64,000 bases of DNA from Callorhinchus milii (lineage: Eukaryota): the NCBI RefSeq assembly GCF_018977255.1, contig NW_024704742.1:80602001-80666000 (forward strand). The letters are read 5' to 3'. The notes below the pieces were generated by a model. It did not search any database and was not told the origin of the DNA. It saw only the letters and a list, made by a program, of their open reading frames with translations. Within the stretch, counting starts at the first letter, position 1, and each line of letters opens with the position of its first letter. The translations under genes were made by a program, and so were the position numbers. Below, piece by piece: positions 27,342 through 39,383 of the stretch.

Positions 27342-27497
27342 TGTCAACTTGGCTCAGTGGTAGAACTTCCACCTCTGAGTCAGAAGGTTGTGGGTTCAAA
27401 CCCCACATTGGGACTTGGACACTCCAACGCAGTGCTGGTAGTATGTTACATTTTCAGAAGTACTGTCCTTCGGATGAGATGTTAAATTGAGGTCCCG
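27342..27497 (+). mobile_element. Old SacSINE1-type SINE, 5' half
   Basis: TGGCTCAGTGGTAG A box, GGTTCAAACCC B box, TTCGGATGAGATGTTAAA. Confidence 0.8.
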
Positions 27498-28104
27498 ATA
27501 GTGGGATGTCACTTCTGGGCCTCATTTTCAAATCCGCCAGGGTAGGGAAAGTATAGTGTCAATTTTACTATTCTTCTGCTACCTTGTGCTACATCCCTCC
27601 CGGTCTCTGATGCCTAAGCCATGATTGCCATGCCTTTGCTTTGCCCCACCCTGTGCTGTCTCCCAAAGCCCACAGGCTGATGATGCCCAACTGATTGCTC
27701 GCTCCTGGTCTCTGTATGCACATTTTGGCTGCCGACCAACCCGAGCTGCTCCCCCTGACAATGTTCCTGTTCCTATCCCCCACTATCCACTACTCCCATT
27801 CTGTCCTTTTCTCCCACCGCCCTACTCACCTTCTCTATCTTCTGGAACTGACCTAATGCTCACTCTCTCTGCACCAACCGCCTCCGAAAGGCAAACACTT
27901 CTTCCCCTTTCCTCATTCATACCCTCCCCAACTCTCCCACTGCTCAAACTCCTTGGTCATTTCTCCCCCACGAACCCAAATCCTCTCTATACCACTCTCT
28001 TCTCCATTGTGGCGTTGGGTTGGCCCTCATCTCCCAAGCTTCCCTTGGTCTTTACCCCTATTCCTCTAGCTGTTTCTCCTTCTTTGAAAACCTCAAACTC
28101 TACT

Positions 28105-28520
28105 AGGAAAACTGAGAATGATTATCTTAATAAATTGTTTGATTGGTTTCAGATTGTGCAAGACAGCAACATTCCTGTGAGTGGCCTAATGATTCAAAGA
28201 AAAGCATTGGAATTTGTCTCGCTGTTGGGGAGTTCTTTTAAAGCTAGTAATGGTTGGAAAGTTTGCGCAAGTGATTCAGCATAGTTTTAAAAAACCCTCC
28301 CTTCAAAACCATATGCAATTCATCTGAAGAAATTGCTACCTGGAAGAATCTTGTGTCTGATATTTGTGCTGATTACCATCCCGAAAATGTGTAGAACCTA
28401 GATGAGACCTGGTTGTTTTTTCGTGCTGTGCCTGTTGAGTATCTGTCACGGCTGTTCATCAAGACTAAAGGTGGTAAATGTCAAAAGAGTGACTTATTGT
28501 TCTGCTCTGTTCAAATTCAA
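28105..28520 (+). mobile_element. Tigger/pogo-family transposase fragment (CENP-B-type HTH and start of DDE), degraded
   Basis: LFDWFQIVQDSNIPVSGLMIQRKALEF...FKASNGW, then DYHPENV*NLDETWLFFRAVP. Confidence 0.85.
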
Positions 28521-28858
28521 GAGTCCTGTAGTCCTGTCCTGCGGAGGCTTGTAGCTCAGTGGTTAGAGCACTCGCCTTGCAAGCGAGACACCTGGATTCA
28601 ATTTCAGGCACAGGGCAAAACCTTGGGCAAGTTTCCTTACTCCACACGTCTAATAATAATCCCTCAATAAAACAATAATAAATTGTTCATTTTCAATCCA
28701 TGACTGTTTGTGGAACACTGCTGTGCGCAATTGGCTGCCGCGGTTCGCCCAAAATTCTACAGTCAATTCACTTTACAATCTATTCTGTGAAGCGCTTTGA
28801 GATGTCGAGAAAACGTGAAAAGTGCTATATCAAATGCAAGGATTATTCTTATTATATT
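28521..28858 (+). mobile_element. Young tRNA-Ala SINE, short subfamily, stuttered 5' end
   Basis: GAGTCCTGTAGTCCTGTCCTG then TGTAGCTCAGTGGTTAGAGCACTCGCCTTGCAAGCGAG. Confidence 0.9.
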
Positions 28859-29877
28859 ACTATCCCTCTTCTCTCTCCCTCAAAATCCTCCTAGTTTACC
28901 GGACCCCCAACCTCCTGGCTCCTTCCTCACCGATATCTCCTCTCTCCTTTCATTCCTGTCACTCTGCACTGAACACCTGCTCATAATGGGTGATTTCAAC
29001 CTCCACCTAAACTCCCCTTGCACCACCTCCTCGGATTTCACTGTCCTCCTTTCCTCCCTAAACCTCACCCTCTACATCAACTTGCCAACCCACAACCGTG
29101 ACTACTCCCTCGACCTCATCGTCATACATGGCCTTGACATTTCTGACTTGTCTATCATGGACAAGGCCATCTCGGAACACTTCCTCATCTCACTCTCCTC
29201 CTGCATTCCCCTTCCCTCTTCCAAGCCCTCCAACATTTTTTTCCTCCCCTGGTAAAAGCTTCCCCTGAGTCCCTCATAATTCCCCTTTCTTCCTCGGTCC
29301 TCTTCTCCCTCTGGCTCGCCACCCACAGTGATCCTGATGCAGCCATCTAGCTGATAAATGACCGTCCCTCCACAACCACCTCCCTTGACCAGGACCACAT
29401 TCTTCCACCTCTGCCACATTGCCCGCCTCTGACCGTACCTTACCCCAAATGCAGCCAAAATCCTCGTGCATGCGTTTGCACCTCCCACGTGGATTACTAA
29501 AACTCCTCGCCGGTCGCCCCAGCTCCACTATTCAAAAGATCCAGCTTATTCAGAACGCTACCGCCTGCATTACTGACCCAGACCAAACTCCGTACCCACA
29601 TCTCACCAGTTCTGGCCAGGCTCCACTGGCTCCCCATCACCAAACGAATCGACTTCAAGATCCTCACTCTTGTGTTCAAATCCCTATATTCTCTGGCATC
29701 TCCCTACCTCTCCAATCTCCTCATTCCCCATTCCACCACCTGGCACTTCCGCTCGACTGGCACCGGCCTCCTGTTCATCCCTCACAACCCCTGCCCCACC
29801 ATCAGAGGTAGCTCTTTCAGCTACTATGCCCCGAAACTCTGGTACACTCTCCCTCAATCCCTCCGCCTTGACCCCGG

Positions 29878-30020
29878 TAACATCAAAATTAGATTTGTAT
29901 AGGGTCTTTCACGTCGGGAGGATGTCTCAAGGCGCTGGATGGTCAGTGTTTTGGACCCGAGCTGGTGGTCGGGATTGGGGAGGTTGGGGGGGGAAGCATG
30001 GTCAGAGAGGAGGGTCTTGA
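29878..30020 (-). mobile_element. L2 3' tail in opposite orientation
   Basis: TTTCACGTCGGGAGGATGTCTCAAGGCGCTGG is the reverse complement of the L2 stem-loop. Confidence 0.8.
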
Positions 30021-30342
30021 GAGTCCTGTAGCTCAGTGGTTAGAGCACTCGCTTTGCAAGTGAGAGACCTGAGTTCAATTCCAGGCAGGGCGAAACCTTG
30101 GGCAAGTTTCCTTACTCCACACGCCTAATAATAATCCCTCCAAAAAACAAAAACAATAATTAAATTGGTCATTTTCAATCTACGACTGTTTGTGGACATT
30201 GCTGTGCGCAATTGGCTGCCTCGTTCGCCCACAAATATACAGTCAATTCACTTTACAGTGTGTTCTGTGAAGCGCTTTGGGACGTCCTCCTGACGTGAAA
30301 AGCGCTATATCAAATGCAAGGATTATTATTATTATTATTATT
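30021..30342 (+). mobile_element. Young tRNA-Ala SINE, full-length short subfamily (resembles Callorhinchus SINE2-type families)
   Basis: A box TAGCTCAGTGG, anticodon arm CTCGC-TTTGCAA-GTGAG (TGC = Ala), B box GTTCAATTCC, L2-type stem-loop, (TTA)n tail. Confidence 0.93.
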
Positions 30343-31261
30343 GAGAAGCAGTGAAACTTCAACTAACTTGATTTTGCAATTCAGGAAAGAGAGATGGTCA
30401 CCGCAACTCATTTGTTCCGATACAAAATCAGTTATTTAGTCTTCTCCAGCAATGGATACATCTGCATATTAATGCCTTAGCCAACAATTTTCCAGATAAA
30501 ATCAGCCATTCATTTCACGGCTGGTTGTGGGACATTGTTGTATGCAAATTGACTGATGCATCAATGTACAAAATATGCAGTCACTACACTTTACAGTAAA
30601 TCCTGTGAAGCGCTATGAGAGCTTTTGGTGATGTGATAAGGCGCTAAATTTAAAGTAAGGATTAAGATTATTATTAATAATAATAAACACTGTAAAAAAG
30701 ATAGCATTCATCTATATATGCAGCTATCTTTACTCTGATAAATAAAGCATTGCACACAGCTTATTCGTGCCGTTAAACATAAAAGGCATAAAATAGGATA
30801 ATATTGTGCCATGGATCATCCCATACAGGGAACGATCAAGTGCATTAAAAGCATTGCCCAAATTGACAGCTTTTGCACAAGCATATCGCACTTTAATGTT
30901 TACTCCCTGAAATGTACTGTAAAATAATATGGAAATTGCTCGGATAATTTACATAAATATTAAAATGTAGAATTAGCAAATACTGTATGCAGGAGAAACC
31001 CTGGAATATTAAAATAACATTTAAAAAAATGTTAATATTAAAAGACACCGACTTATTGAACCTCCTGCTGTAAGCAAGATAATTCATTATAACTCCCGCA
31101 GAGTATATTCTGCTCAAATGGAAATTTTAAAGGTACCATGTCTTCCTGATAAAATGTTTGCAAACCATTTTTCCTTGTTTTGTGAGCAGAATTGTTATAT
31201 AAGTCACATCAAAATAGTGGTGGGTCACCTTTACAACAATTCTAATTCTCTTTTGACTCTT

Positions 31262-31838
31262 CTGCGCAACTTAGAAGCCAGATTCGATCCCCAGTTATCC
31301 TTCATCCCCCACATTCTGACCTGCACTGTTTTCTTCCACCTCCCCCACATTGCCAGTCTCTGACAATACCTCACTCCACAAGATGCCGAAACCCTAGTCC
31401 ATGCCTTTGTCATCTCTTGGCAGGACTACTCTAACACCCTCCTCGCCGGTATCCCCTCACTCTAGTGTTTAATCTCCTCCATTCCTTGCATCCCTCCCCC
31501 CACCTTCCCTATCTCTCTCACCTCCTCTCTTCCCTACAGCAGTACCTGCTGTCTCTGGTCTACTGGGTCCGGCTTTCTCCGTGTCCCCTGAATCTTCCGC
31601 TCCACCATCAGTGGCTATGCCTTCAGCCACTACGCTCTGAAACTTTGAACTCCCTCTCTCAACCCCTTCAGCTCATCCCCTCCTTCCCAATCTTCAGATC
31701 GCGCATGAAGACCTTCCTTTTCTATCGTGCCTACGGTCACCTTCGCCTCCCCTGGCTCAGCCTTGGGCTCCACCATTGTTAAATGCGCTGAGATACCGCC
31801 CATCGTGGAGGGTGCTATCAATTAAAAATGTTGTTGTT
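31262..31838 (+). mobile_element. Old L2 3' fragment
   Basis: [28 protein letters not shown]; stem-loop plus TTGTTG. Confidence 0.8.
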
Positions 31839-31924
31839 GGGCGCTGTCTTACCACACAAGTTTCTCATGAAGGATGTGAGATGGAGTTCCAAAGGGTGAG
31901 GGTAGAGAGGCTAAAGGCACAATC

Positions 31925-32800
31925 ATCGATGGATACATGTGGGAGTTGATTCCATGTCTGTAGATGATGTCACCAAGAGGGAACATGTACATGTTGAAGA
32001 GGAGAGGACCAAGGACAGAGCCTTGAGGAACATCGCACGAGCAAGTGCTGGAGCTGGAGGAGAATCCATTTGTGAAGACAAAGTGGAGACATTGTGAATG
32101 GTAGGATTTGAACCATTCAAGGACAGAACCATGAAGATTGAGATGAGAGGAGATGTGGAGAAGGATAGAGTAGTCAAGAGTGTCAAAGGCAGCAGAGAGG
32201 TCAAGGAGGATGAGGAGACAGAGGGAGCCCTGGTTACAGTTGGTCAAAATGTAACTTGTCACTTTAACCAAGGGTGTTTTTGTGCTGTGGGCAGCACGGC
32301 AATCCAAGTGGAGGGGTTCGTAGAGGGAGTGTTGGGAGAGGAAGGAGTAAAGCTGGGAAGCAATGACTCGTTCCAGAACCTTGGAAAGGAAAGGGAGGTT
32401 GAAAATGGGGCGGTAATTTGATATCAGGGATGAGTCCAGGGAAGATTTTTGAGGATAGGAGTGATGATGGCTTTTTTTAAGGGAGTGGGAATAGTGCCAG
32501 TGGACAAGGAGAGGTTGATGATATCTGTGAGTAGAGGGGCAAAGGGGTGGAGCTGGGAGGTAAGGAGAGAGATGGCGATGGAGTCAAGGGATCAGGTGGT
32601 GGGTATCTTATGGGCCATAATGGTAGTGAGAGAGGAGGGGCAGACAAGTTTGAAGGTGTGGAGGGAGGGATGGGTATGGGTCGGAGTGTGAGGGGGAGAT
32701 GGGGAAGTTGTAGCAATTGGAAGGGCAGAAGCAGCTGAGCGGATCACCTCGATATTGGTCTCGAGGAAGTCCAGAATCTCCTTGCAGTTGGATTTGGAAG
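31925..32800 (-). mobile_element. L2 RT fragment
   Basis: [38 protein letters not shown]. Confidence 0.9.
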
Positions 32801-34169
32801 GATTCCAGAGAATTTTATTCAAATCCATCACTAAATCTATTGACTAAATATTTGCTGATGCAGGCCAAAGTGTGAGACAAAAATAAAAGTAGAAAAAGTT
32901 AACCAGCATTGCCAATAGGGACAATTGATTTGGGCTGTTTCAGGTTTTATCTTTGGAGATTTAAACTGTGGTTTATTCATGAAACTAATATCAAAGGTGA
33001 AGATCTGGCTGCTGATACTGTAAAATAGTGCACACAAGACTCCCCCAATAACCACAAAATATTGAATAAGTTCCTCAGTTATAGGTTTCTCCATTACAAG
33101 AAAAAATAATATGCATCAAAGGATTGCAGGGTGTTGTGTTCTAATCGTTTCATCTCACATAGCCTACAGCAATGGACACTAACTCACCTGCAAATTAATT
33201 ACCAGAAATCAGACCACTGCAGTGAACCACAAGAGGAAATAGACATGTAACCTTGTTTTAGATATAAGAGTCTTCCCCTGGGATATACTTTCCCCTGGAA
33301 TATAGATTTAAGCAAGCAGATTTTCACCAGTATGAAGAGTTTAGTTTTAATGTTTCTCTGTTCATCTGGAATCATCTGCAGACTTGGTCTCTGAGGGGTT
33401 GAGGACATGTCAACACATCCTTATCTCATTGATGAGACAATGCAGGACTGGTCAAGCATGAAAATATTTTAGGATTACAATGAAGCTGTCTAGACATGTC
33501 ATGAATAGCCCTTCAGTTCTATAGCAAATGTAAGTATTATTATTATAAACATAACTGACTGTTTCAGGTTGAAGTAAAGTTTATAGTCTGGTTCACTTGC
33601 TTGCTATTGTTGAATTTGTTTGCTCTGAGAAGGATAGTTGATTTTCTTTCCGTGGCCTATTATTGATCTATGCCAGATATGCCAATGTTCACTGAATTTT
33701 TATGAGTGATGTTAGCCAGAATTCCACCTTTGATCTCTTATCTCTGCTGGAACGTTGATGTCAGACAGATCAGAATACTGGTAGGATTCCCCATTCACAA
33801 CTTGGGTGCAAGCAGAGACGTAGAATTGGGTGTCATCTGCAGACATGTGAAAGTTAACTCCACACCTGTGAATGTCAAGTGGGCACCAGCCTGCTTCACA
33901 TCTCCCATCTCACCCACCCCACCATCACAGTCAGACTCTTAGAGTATCTGCTCACACTCCCTGAAACTTCATTGCAGTTTCTCTTCAGCTTACCCCATCC
34001 TGCTCCTCTTCATCGCCACCTTAAGACCTGCTTCGATCGTGCTTTTGACCATCTTCCACTCCATCCCCTCGGCCACCATCCCCATCCCCAGCTCGGATGC
34101 AACTTCTGGACTGTCCAGCACCTTTAGAAATCCTCCCGACATGAAAGGTGCAAATTTGTATTGTACTGT

Positions 34170-35250
34170 ACCATTGTTCCAGCCATTCCACATCCCAACA
34201 ACACTCTGTATAAAGAAAATCTCCAAACTTCTCACTTTGTTCTTTTTCTAATTATTTTAAACTAGCTGTATTTGTTGCAGCTACACTTGCAACCAAAGGA
34301 TCCAATATGAAATGTAGAGTGGACACACAGACAGAAATTTCATCTTTGTCTACACACATCTGGGAGGACTCCTGTGGGAGGACACATTTTGGTCATGCTG
34401 TTCTTTGAGTGGGCAATTCATTTTGGTGTGCTGTTGCAGTCCTTTCAGCATTGAAGTGTAGCTGCACTGTTCTTTGTTCTTCAGTTTCATTTAATGGGCC
34501 TTCTCTCTTTTGTCTAGCATTTTTACTTATCCTTGAAAGGTTTGATTTTCGCTTCAGTATCTTTATAATGATGAATATAAATGTATAACTTACAATCACT
34601 GGAACGTCCTCCCGACATGAAAGGGGCTTTAAAAATGTGATTTTGTTGTTGTTGCCGCGGATTAGCTTTGTTTGTGTTCTTTATTTTGTTCCCACCGCCA
34701 CTTGGCTACGTGCATGCTCTGTGACGCACTTTGTCACAGCACCACAGTCAGCCAATGCAGCCACCAGGTGTAACTGTTCAATGCCACAATGCCACTTTGA
34801 CTCAGCGGCCAGCAGGTGTAACTGCAGGTGTAACTGCAGCGAACAACGCAAAACTGAAATACATTGTAGGTTATAACTCATAAACGATAGGAGATGCCCA
34901 GAAACAAATATTTCCATATTACTCCCAGATGCAAGACGTTTCCGAGAAGTTATAAATCATGTCTCTATATCAATCAGTTATTGAGATGCTTCTTGAAGCG
35001 CAGACAGACAGACAGACATTGTCATTTTATTAGTATAGATGTATGCTCTCCAGTACTGACTTTCCAAACAGTGCAAAAAATTTTCACCTTTTTTTAAATC
35101 AAAGCTTCTCATAATTTTAGTAATCTCTCTCAGGTAAACTCTTAAACTTCTCTGTTGTAGAGAAAGCAGCTCCAGGCTCTGCAATATTTCCTCAAGGGTA
35201 AAACCTCTGAACTCTGGAATCATCCTAATGAATCTTCTCTGCACCTTTCT
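34170..35250 (-). mobile_element. CR1 ORF2 C-terminal fragment split by the Helitron
   Basis: 35040-35250 reads [34 protein letters not shown]; 34170-34260 continues FFIQSVVGMWNG. Confidence 0.8.
34262..35039 (-). mobile_element. Non-autonomous Helitron with both termini
   Basis: 5' TCTATACTAATAAAA followed by (TGTC)n; 3' hairpin GTTGCA-AGTGTAGC-TGCAAC 8 nt before terminal CTAG; inserted between A and T with no TSD. Confidence 0.85.
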
Positions 35251-35662
35251 ATAATAATAATAATAATTCTTGCACTTGATAACAATAATAGTCCTTGTAT
35301 TTGGTATAGCACTTTATCATGTCTTGGAAACATCTCAAAGTGCTTCAGAGAGTATATTGTAAAGTGAATTGACTGTATAGTTTGTGGGCGAAAAGCCTCA
35401 GCCAATTGCACACACCAGTGTTCCACAAACTGTTGTGGATTAAAGTGACCAATTTATTATTAGTAGTAGTAGTTTTTTTTGAAGGAAATATAACCCCCAG
35501 AAATGCGATCCACCAGTCGACTAACAACCGGGTTCCTACTTACTGCTAAGTAATCAGAGGTGTGTGGAGTAAGGAAACTTGCCCAACGTTCTCCCCCTGG
35601 GAGTCAAACCCAGATCTCTCACTTGTGAGGTGAGTGCTCTAACCTCTAAGCTACAGGACTCC
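35251..35662 (-). mobile_element. Young tRNA-Ala SINE, full-length long subfamily
   Basis: Head ends GCTACAGGACTCC; contains the long internal segment. Confidence 0.88.
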
Positions 35663-36714
35663 ACAATATAGCACTTTACCAGGTCATTGAGACATCTCAA
35701 AGCACTTCACAGAATAATTCTGAAACATTAATTGACTGTGTATTTTGTGGACAAAACATGCCAGCCAATTACACACAGCAATATGTCACAAACAATCATG
35801 ATAATTATTATAGATATAATTATCTATGGCCTTGATAACCTCCCTATTTGCAGTACCGGATTTTCAACCCGCTTTCAACTTCAGTTGATGAACCGTGGGT
35901 TTCTTACACCAATATCCTTTGACATCTGATACTGTGATTCAGATCAATTTAACTAATGGGATGAAAGTCTTCACTTCTTCTTAGCTTCAAAGGAACCTGA
36001 ATAAGTTTGTGCAGTCTCACACTTTCTGAGTGGGAAAAAAGATAGCCATTAAGATAACCCAATCTCACTCGCTCTACTCCATCTCACTGGGTTCTCAATA
36101 ACAATTTAGAATAAATCCTACTGTGGTGCACAGTGTCACTTTGCATTAATCAACTTAAATACACACATAGTCATCTCAAAAACAGAAAACTATGAGCATT
36201 TAGAAAAAATTCTAATCTGAATAAATTTAAAAATATTTTTAATTTGTATTTTCTTTAATATTCTCTATTCAATCAATCAAATTATCTTTGAAAGCTTCAT
36301 CGCTTTTGTTCTCTTCCTATTTGCATGTTTGCTTATGTCACTCCCCCCCTCCCCCCTTTCATGCTTACTGATTTCCATCCCATTTCTCTGATGAATATTG
36401 TTGCAGGGAAAAAGCTGGGTTGCTAAGTACATCAATGAAAAGGGATGTCAGGAAGGAAACAACATCTAAAGCCATCCCATCGTAAAGAAAAATCATCTTG
36501 TATCCAGTCTCCTCAGCATTTCCTATCTCAGTGAGTTATCCTAATTAACTGTCTTTTTTTAACCTAGCAGATTTATACTGATCACATTTTTTATAATCCT
36601 TTTGTACTTTACATATTCTATTTCATTCTCATTTTATTTATTACAGCCATATATTTCAAGAAATATTTTATGTTTTGCACCAGTCTGTCATTCATAATTC
36701 ATTCAGGTTCTGTC

Positions 36715-36987
36715 TCACAATTCCCGGCAGGGCAAAACCTTGGGCAAGTTTCCTTACTCCACACAGAGCCTAATAATAATCCCTCCAAAACCAAAAACAA
36801 TAATAAATTGGTCATTTTCAATCTACTATTGTTTGTGGGACATTGCTGTGCGCAATTGGCTGCTGCGTTCGCCCACAAATACACAGTCAATTTCACTTTA
36901 CAGTGTGTTCTGTGAAGCGCTTTGGGACGTCCTCCCGATGTGAAAAGCGCTATATCAAATGCAAGGATTATTATTATTATTATTATT
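36715..36987 (+). mobile_element. Young SINE, short subfamily, 5'-truncated
   Basis: Near-identical to 30075-30342. Confidence 0.9.
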
Positions 36988-37096
36988 TTGCATCTATCCA
37001 GCTCTCATTTACATTCATATTTTCAGCAAATTATATTTCTATCATTAATTTTCACATTTTTCCCTCAGTTTAATACATTTGAGATGCGCGGTAAAA

Positions 37097-37348
37097 AATA
37101 ATAGTAAACTTTGTATTTGATATGGTTCCTTATCACCTTGTTCAGACATGTCAAAACAGGTTTTTACTGTGAAATGTAGTGACTGTGTGCTTGTAGGTGA
37201 ACACAGCAGCCAATATGTGCATACCAATATCCCACAAACAGTCATGGAATGAATGGCCAATTTTATGGGGAATTGTTGTGCAGGCCACTGGGAGAAACTT
37301 CCTTCTCTTCAAATAGTGGCATGGGATCTTTAACATCCACCTGAACAG
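37097..37348 (-). mobile_element. Old SacSINE1-type SINE, 3' half
   Basis: AATAGTGGCATGGGATCTTTAACATCCACCTGAACAG. Confidence 0.72.
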
Positions 37349-37672
37349 ATTATTCTCAACTATATTAATACAATAAAGAGAATATGTTGGAGTGTAAATG
37401 GAAGGAAATATTGAAAGGTTACATCTTAGAGTCATGCAACTTCTCCCAGCTGAGCACTTCTATGTGCAGCAAGGAGGAACTTCCAGTAGAAATAATGAGG
37501 TGAATAGGCAAACTCAATCTCTTTTATTGATAGCTCATACAATCAGGGCATAAGGATCCAATTGTTTCATTGTATCTGTACCTTCTCCCCTTCCCAATAC
37601 CTTTTCCCCTTTCATATTTTTAATTTTGAAATATTTATCCCATTTAAAAGTTAGTAATGACAAGCTATGATG

Positions 37673-37828
37673 TTTTAGTTGGTTAGACTCCAGCATTACC
37701 CTAACGCACAAGTTTAATAATCTCCAGAATTAGTTAAGCGCGCGTCCCTTCAGAGAGAAAGTGCACATTCCATTCCAATAATCTATCTCCGGAGTTTCCA
37801 TGTGTAGGTGCGATGCATGGAAATCTCA
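37673..37828 (+). repeat. Unclassified dispersed repeat, copy 3 of 3, ending in a hairpin
   Basis: GGTTAGACTCCAGCATTACCCTAACGC...TTTCCATGTGTAGGTGCGATGCATGGAAA. Confidence 0.55.
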
Positions 37829-37829
37829 T

Positions 37830-38170
37830 TTTGGTGTAGATACCCTTAAGCATGTTGATGGGTTTCCGAATGTGTCAGATAATCGGTTGACCAAACCAAA
37901 AAGGATTCTTCTACAGTCAATATTTCTAGTAAGGTATTTCCATATTTTAATAATCCTCTGGGTAATAAAAAAAATAACTTCTTCCTTTGTGTTCTTTTTG
38001 GTAATGTTATCAAATTTATGCTCTTTTATTATCAACTCACCAATCAGTTGAAATAAATCCTCCCTATTTACCTAGTCAAACCCCACCCCCAATTTTTAAC
38101 ACCTTATATCAGGTTTCCTCTCAATCTTAACTGTTGTAATGAAAAAAGTCTTGGCTTTTCCCAGTTTAAG
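37830..38170 (-). mobile_element. CR1 3' fragment
   Basis: KEHKFDNITKK..EVIFFITQRIIKIW. Confidence 0.65.
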
Positions 38171-38609
38171 CTTTAAGTCATTTTCTCGTTAAAGATATTC
38201 CTCTTTAGAATCCCATCTTTCTCCTGTCATATTGATATAATGCTTTGGCGTTAACTTTTTATAACATTCAGGAGAACATAATGCCACATTTTATAGGCAG
38301 ATATTGTCACACTGAGACAAACAGGTTGCATAATAAACATTAAATTAGTTTTTCTGCTTCATTAGGTAATTTAATTGTACTGACTCTAACCTCATTTACC
38401 CTCGATTTATTATCTGCTGCTTATTAAGATTCCTCGCTCCCTCCTATCCTAAGTTTGCGTGGGTCACACTCGAGCAAGTGACTGATTGCAGGGCCTAACA
38501 GTATTGTACTTGAACTAGCTGTTGGCGATTTGAGAGCAGCACAGATTAACTCATCCTCTTTCTGAAGAAATCCTTGACCTTTACTCAGTACAGCACTTTT
38601 CTCACAGTA

Positions 38610-38850
38610 CCAGTGTTTACCCGGCTTACTTGCTCGCCTCTGGGTCAGGAGTTTGTATGATCAAGCCCTACATCGGAAATTATAGTCCGGCTGTCACTTC
38701 AGTGCAGAGTGAGATGAGCACTGCATTGTCAGAGGTCCTGTTTAGCAAATGAAACGTTAAACTGATGTCCCATTTGCCAATCCGTAGGTGAATGCTAACG
38801 ATCCCAGGACTCTATTTCAAAATAGCATTGTGGTTCCCACAGTTACCTAC
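38610..38850 (+). mobile_element. Old SacSINE1-type SINE, 5' part
   Basis: CTCGCCTCTGGGTCAGGAG, CAGTGCAGAG..GCACTGCATTGTCAGAGG, AAACGTTAAACTGA. Confidence 0.65.
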
Positions 38851-38931
38851 AAAAACACACAATAATTTGAGCTATTTCACCATGATGAGTCACCGTAAAA
38901 AAGAAAGTTCTTTCTTACCAGTTATAAAATA

Positions 38932-39383
38932 AATAATTATCCTTACATTTGTTATAGCTCCTTTCACATCAGAATATCATGGCAAAGCCCTTCACAAGAT
39001 TTTCTGTAAAGTGTAGTGACAGTGTATATTTTGGTGGGCAAAAGCTGATTGGCACACAGCACCAACAGCCATGTAGCAAATCACCATTTTCTTCTGGGGA
39101 GATTGTTGGCCAAGAAAATGGAAGAACCTCCCTTCTCACCTTGAATAGTGTCATGGAGAGGTGGGGGAAGGAGGTCTTTAAAGTCCATCTGAAGAGACAA
39201 ACAAGACCCTGATTTAACATCTCACCCAAAGGACTGCAGACTGCAACCCTTACATGGAGTTAACCCCAGCACAGCATTGGAATGTCAGACTAAACTATGT
39301 TAGTTCAAAGTCCTGACTTTGGGGCTTGAATCCACAACCTTCTGACTCAGAAGCAAGAGTGAACCAACTGAGCCAGGCTGACC
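38932..39383 (-). mobile_element. Old SacSINE1-type SINE, near full length
   Basis: Head CACAACCTTCTGACTCAGA..ACTGAGCCAGGCTGAC, core and tail all present. Confidence 0.8.

Larger units (their letters stand above)
27575..29875 (+). mobile_element. Internally deleted L2 (AP endonuclease joined to ORF2 C-terminus), split by Tigger and SINE insertions
   Basis: VALIS..FFENLKLY before 28104; VYRTP, IMGDFNLH, PTHNRDYSLDL, ISEHFLI after 28860; then IQNA, LHWLP, FKIL with no RT domain. Confidence 0.75.

Noticed and set aside
27625..28284. 219-aa ORF as a domesticated Tigger/CENP-B fusion gene
   Set aside because: The N-terminal part is out-of-frame pyrimidine-rich L2 sequence reading by chance into a broken transposase with stops and frameshifts.
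30021..30092. tRNA-Ala genes (this and similar heads)
   Set aside because: The acceptor stem does not pair properly and each head runs into a SINE body and tail.
32837..33094. 85-aa ORF MEKPITEELIQYFVVIGG.. as a small membrane protein
   Set aside because: No recognisable family or supporting gene structure; hydrophobicity is expected from T-rich DNA.
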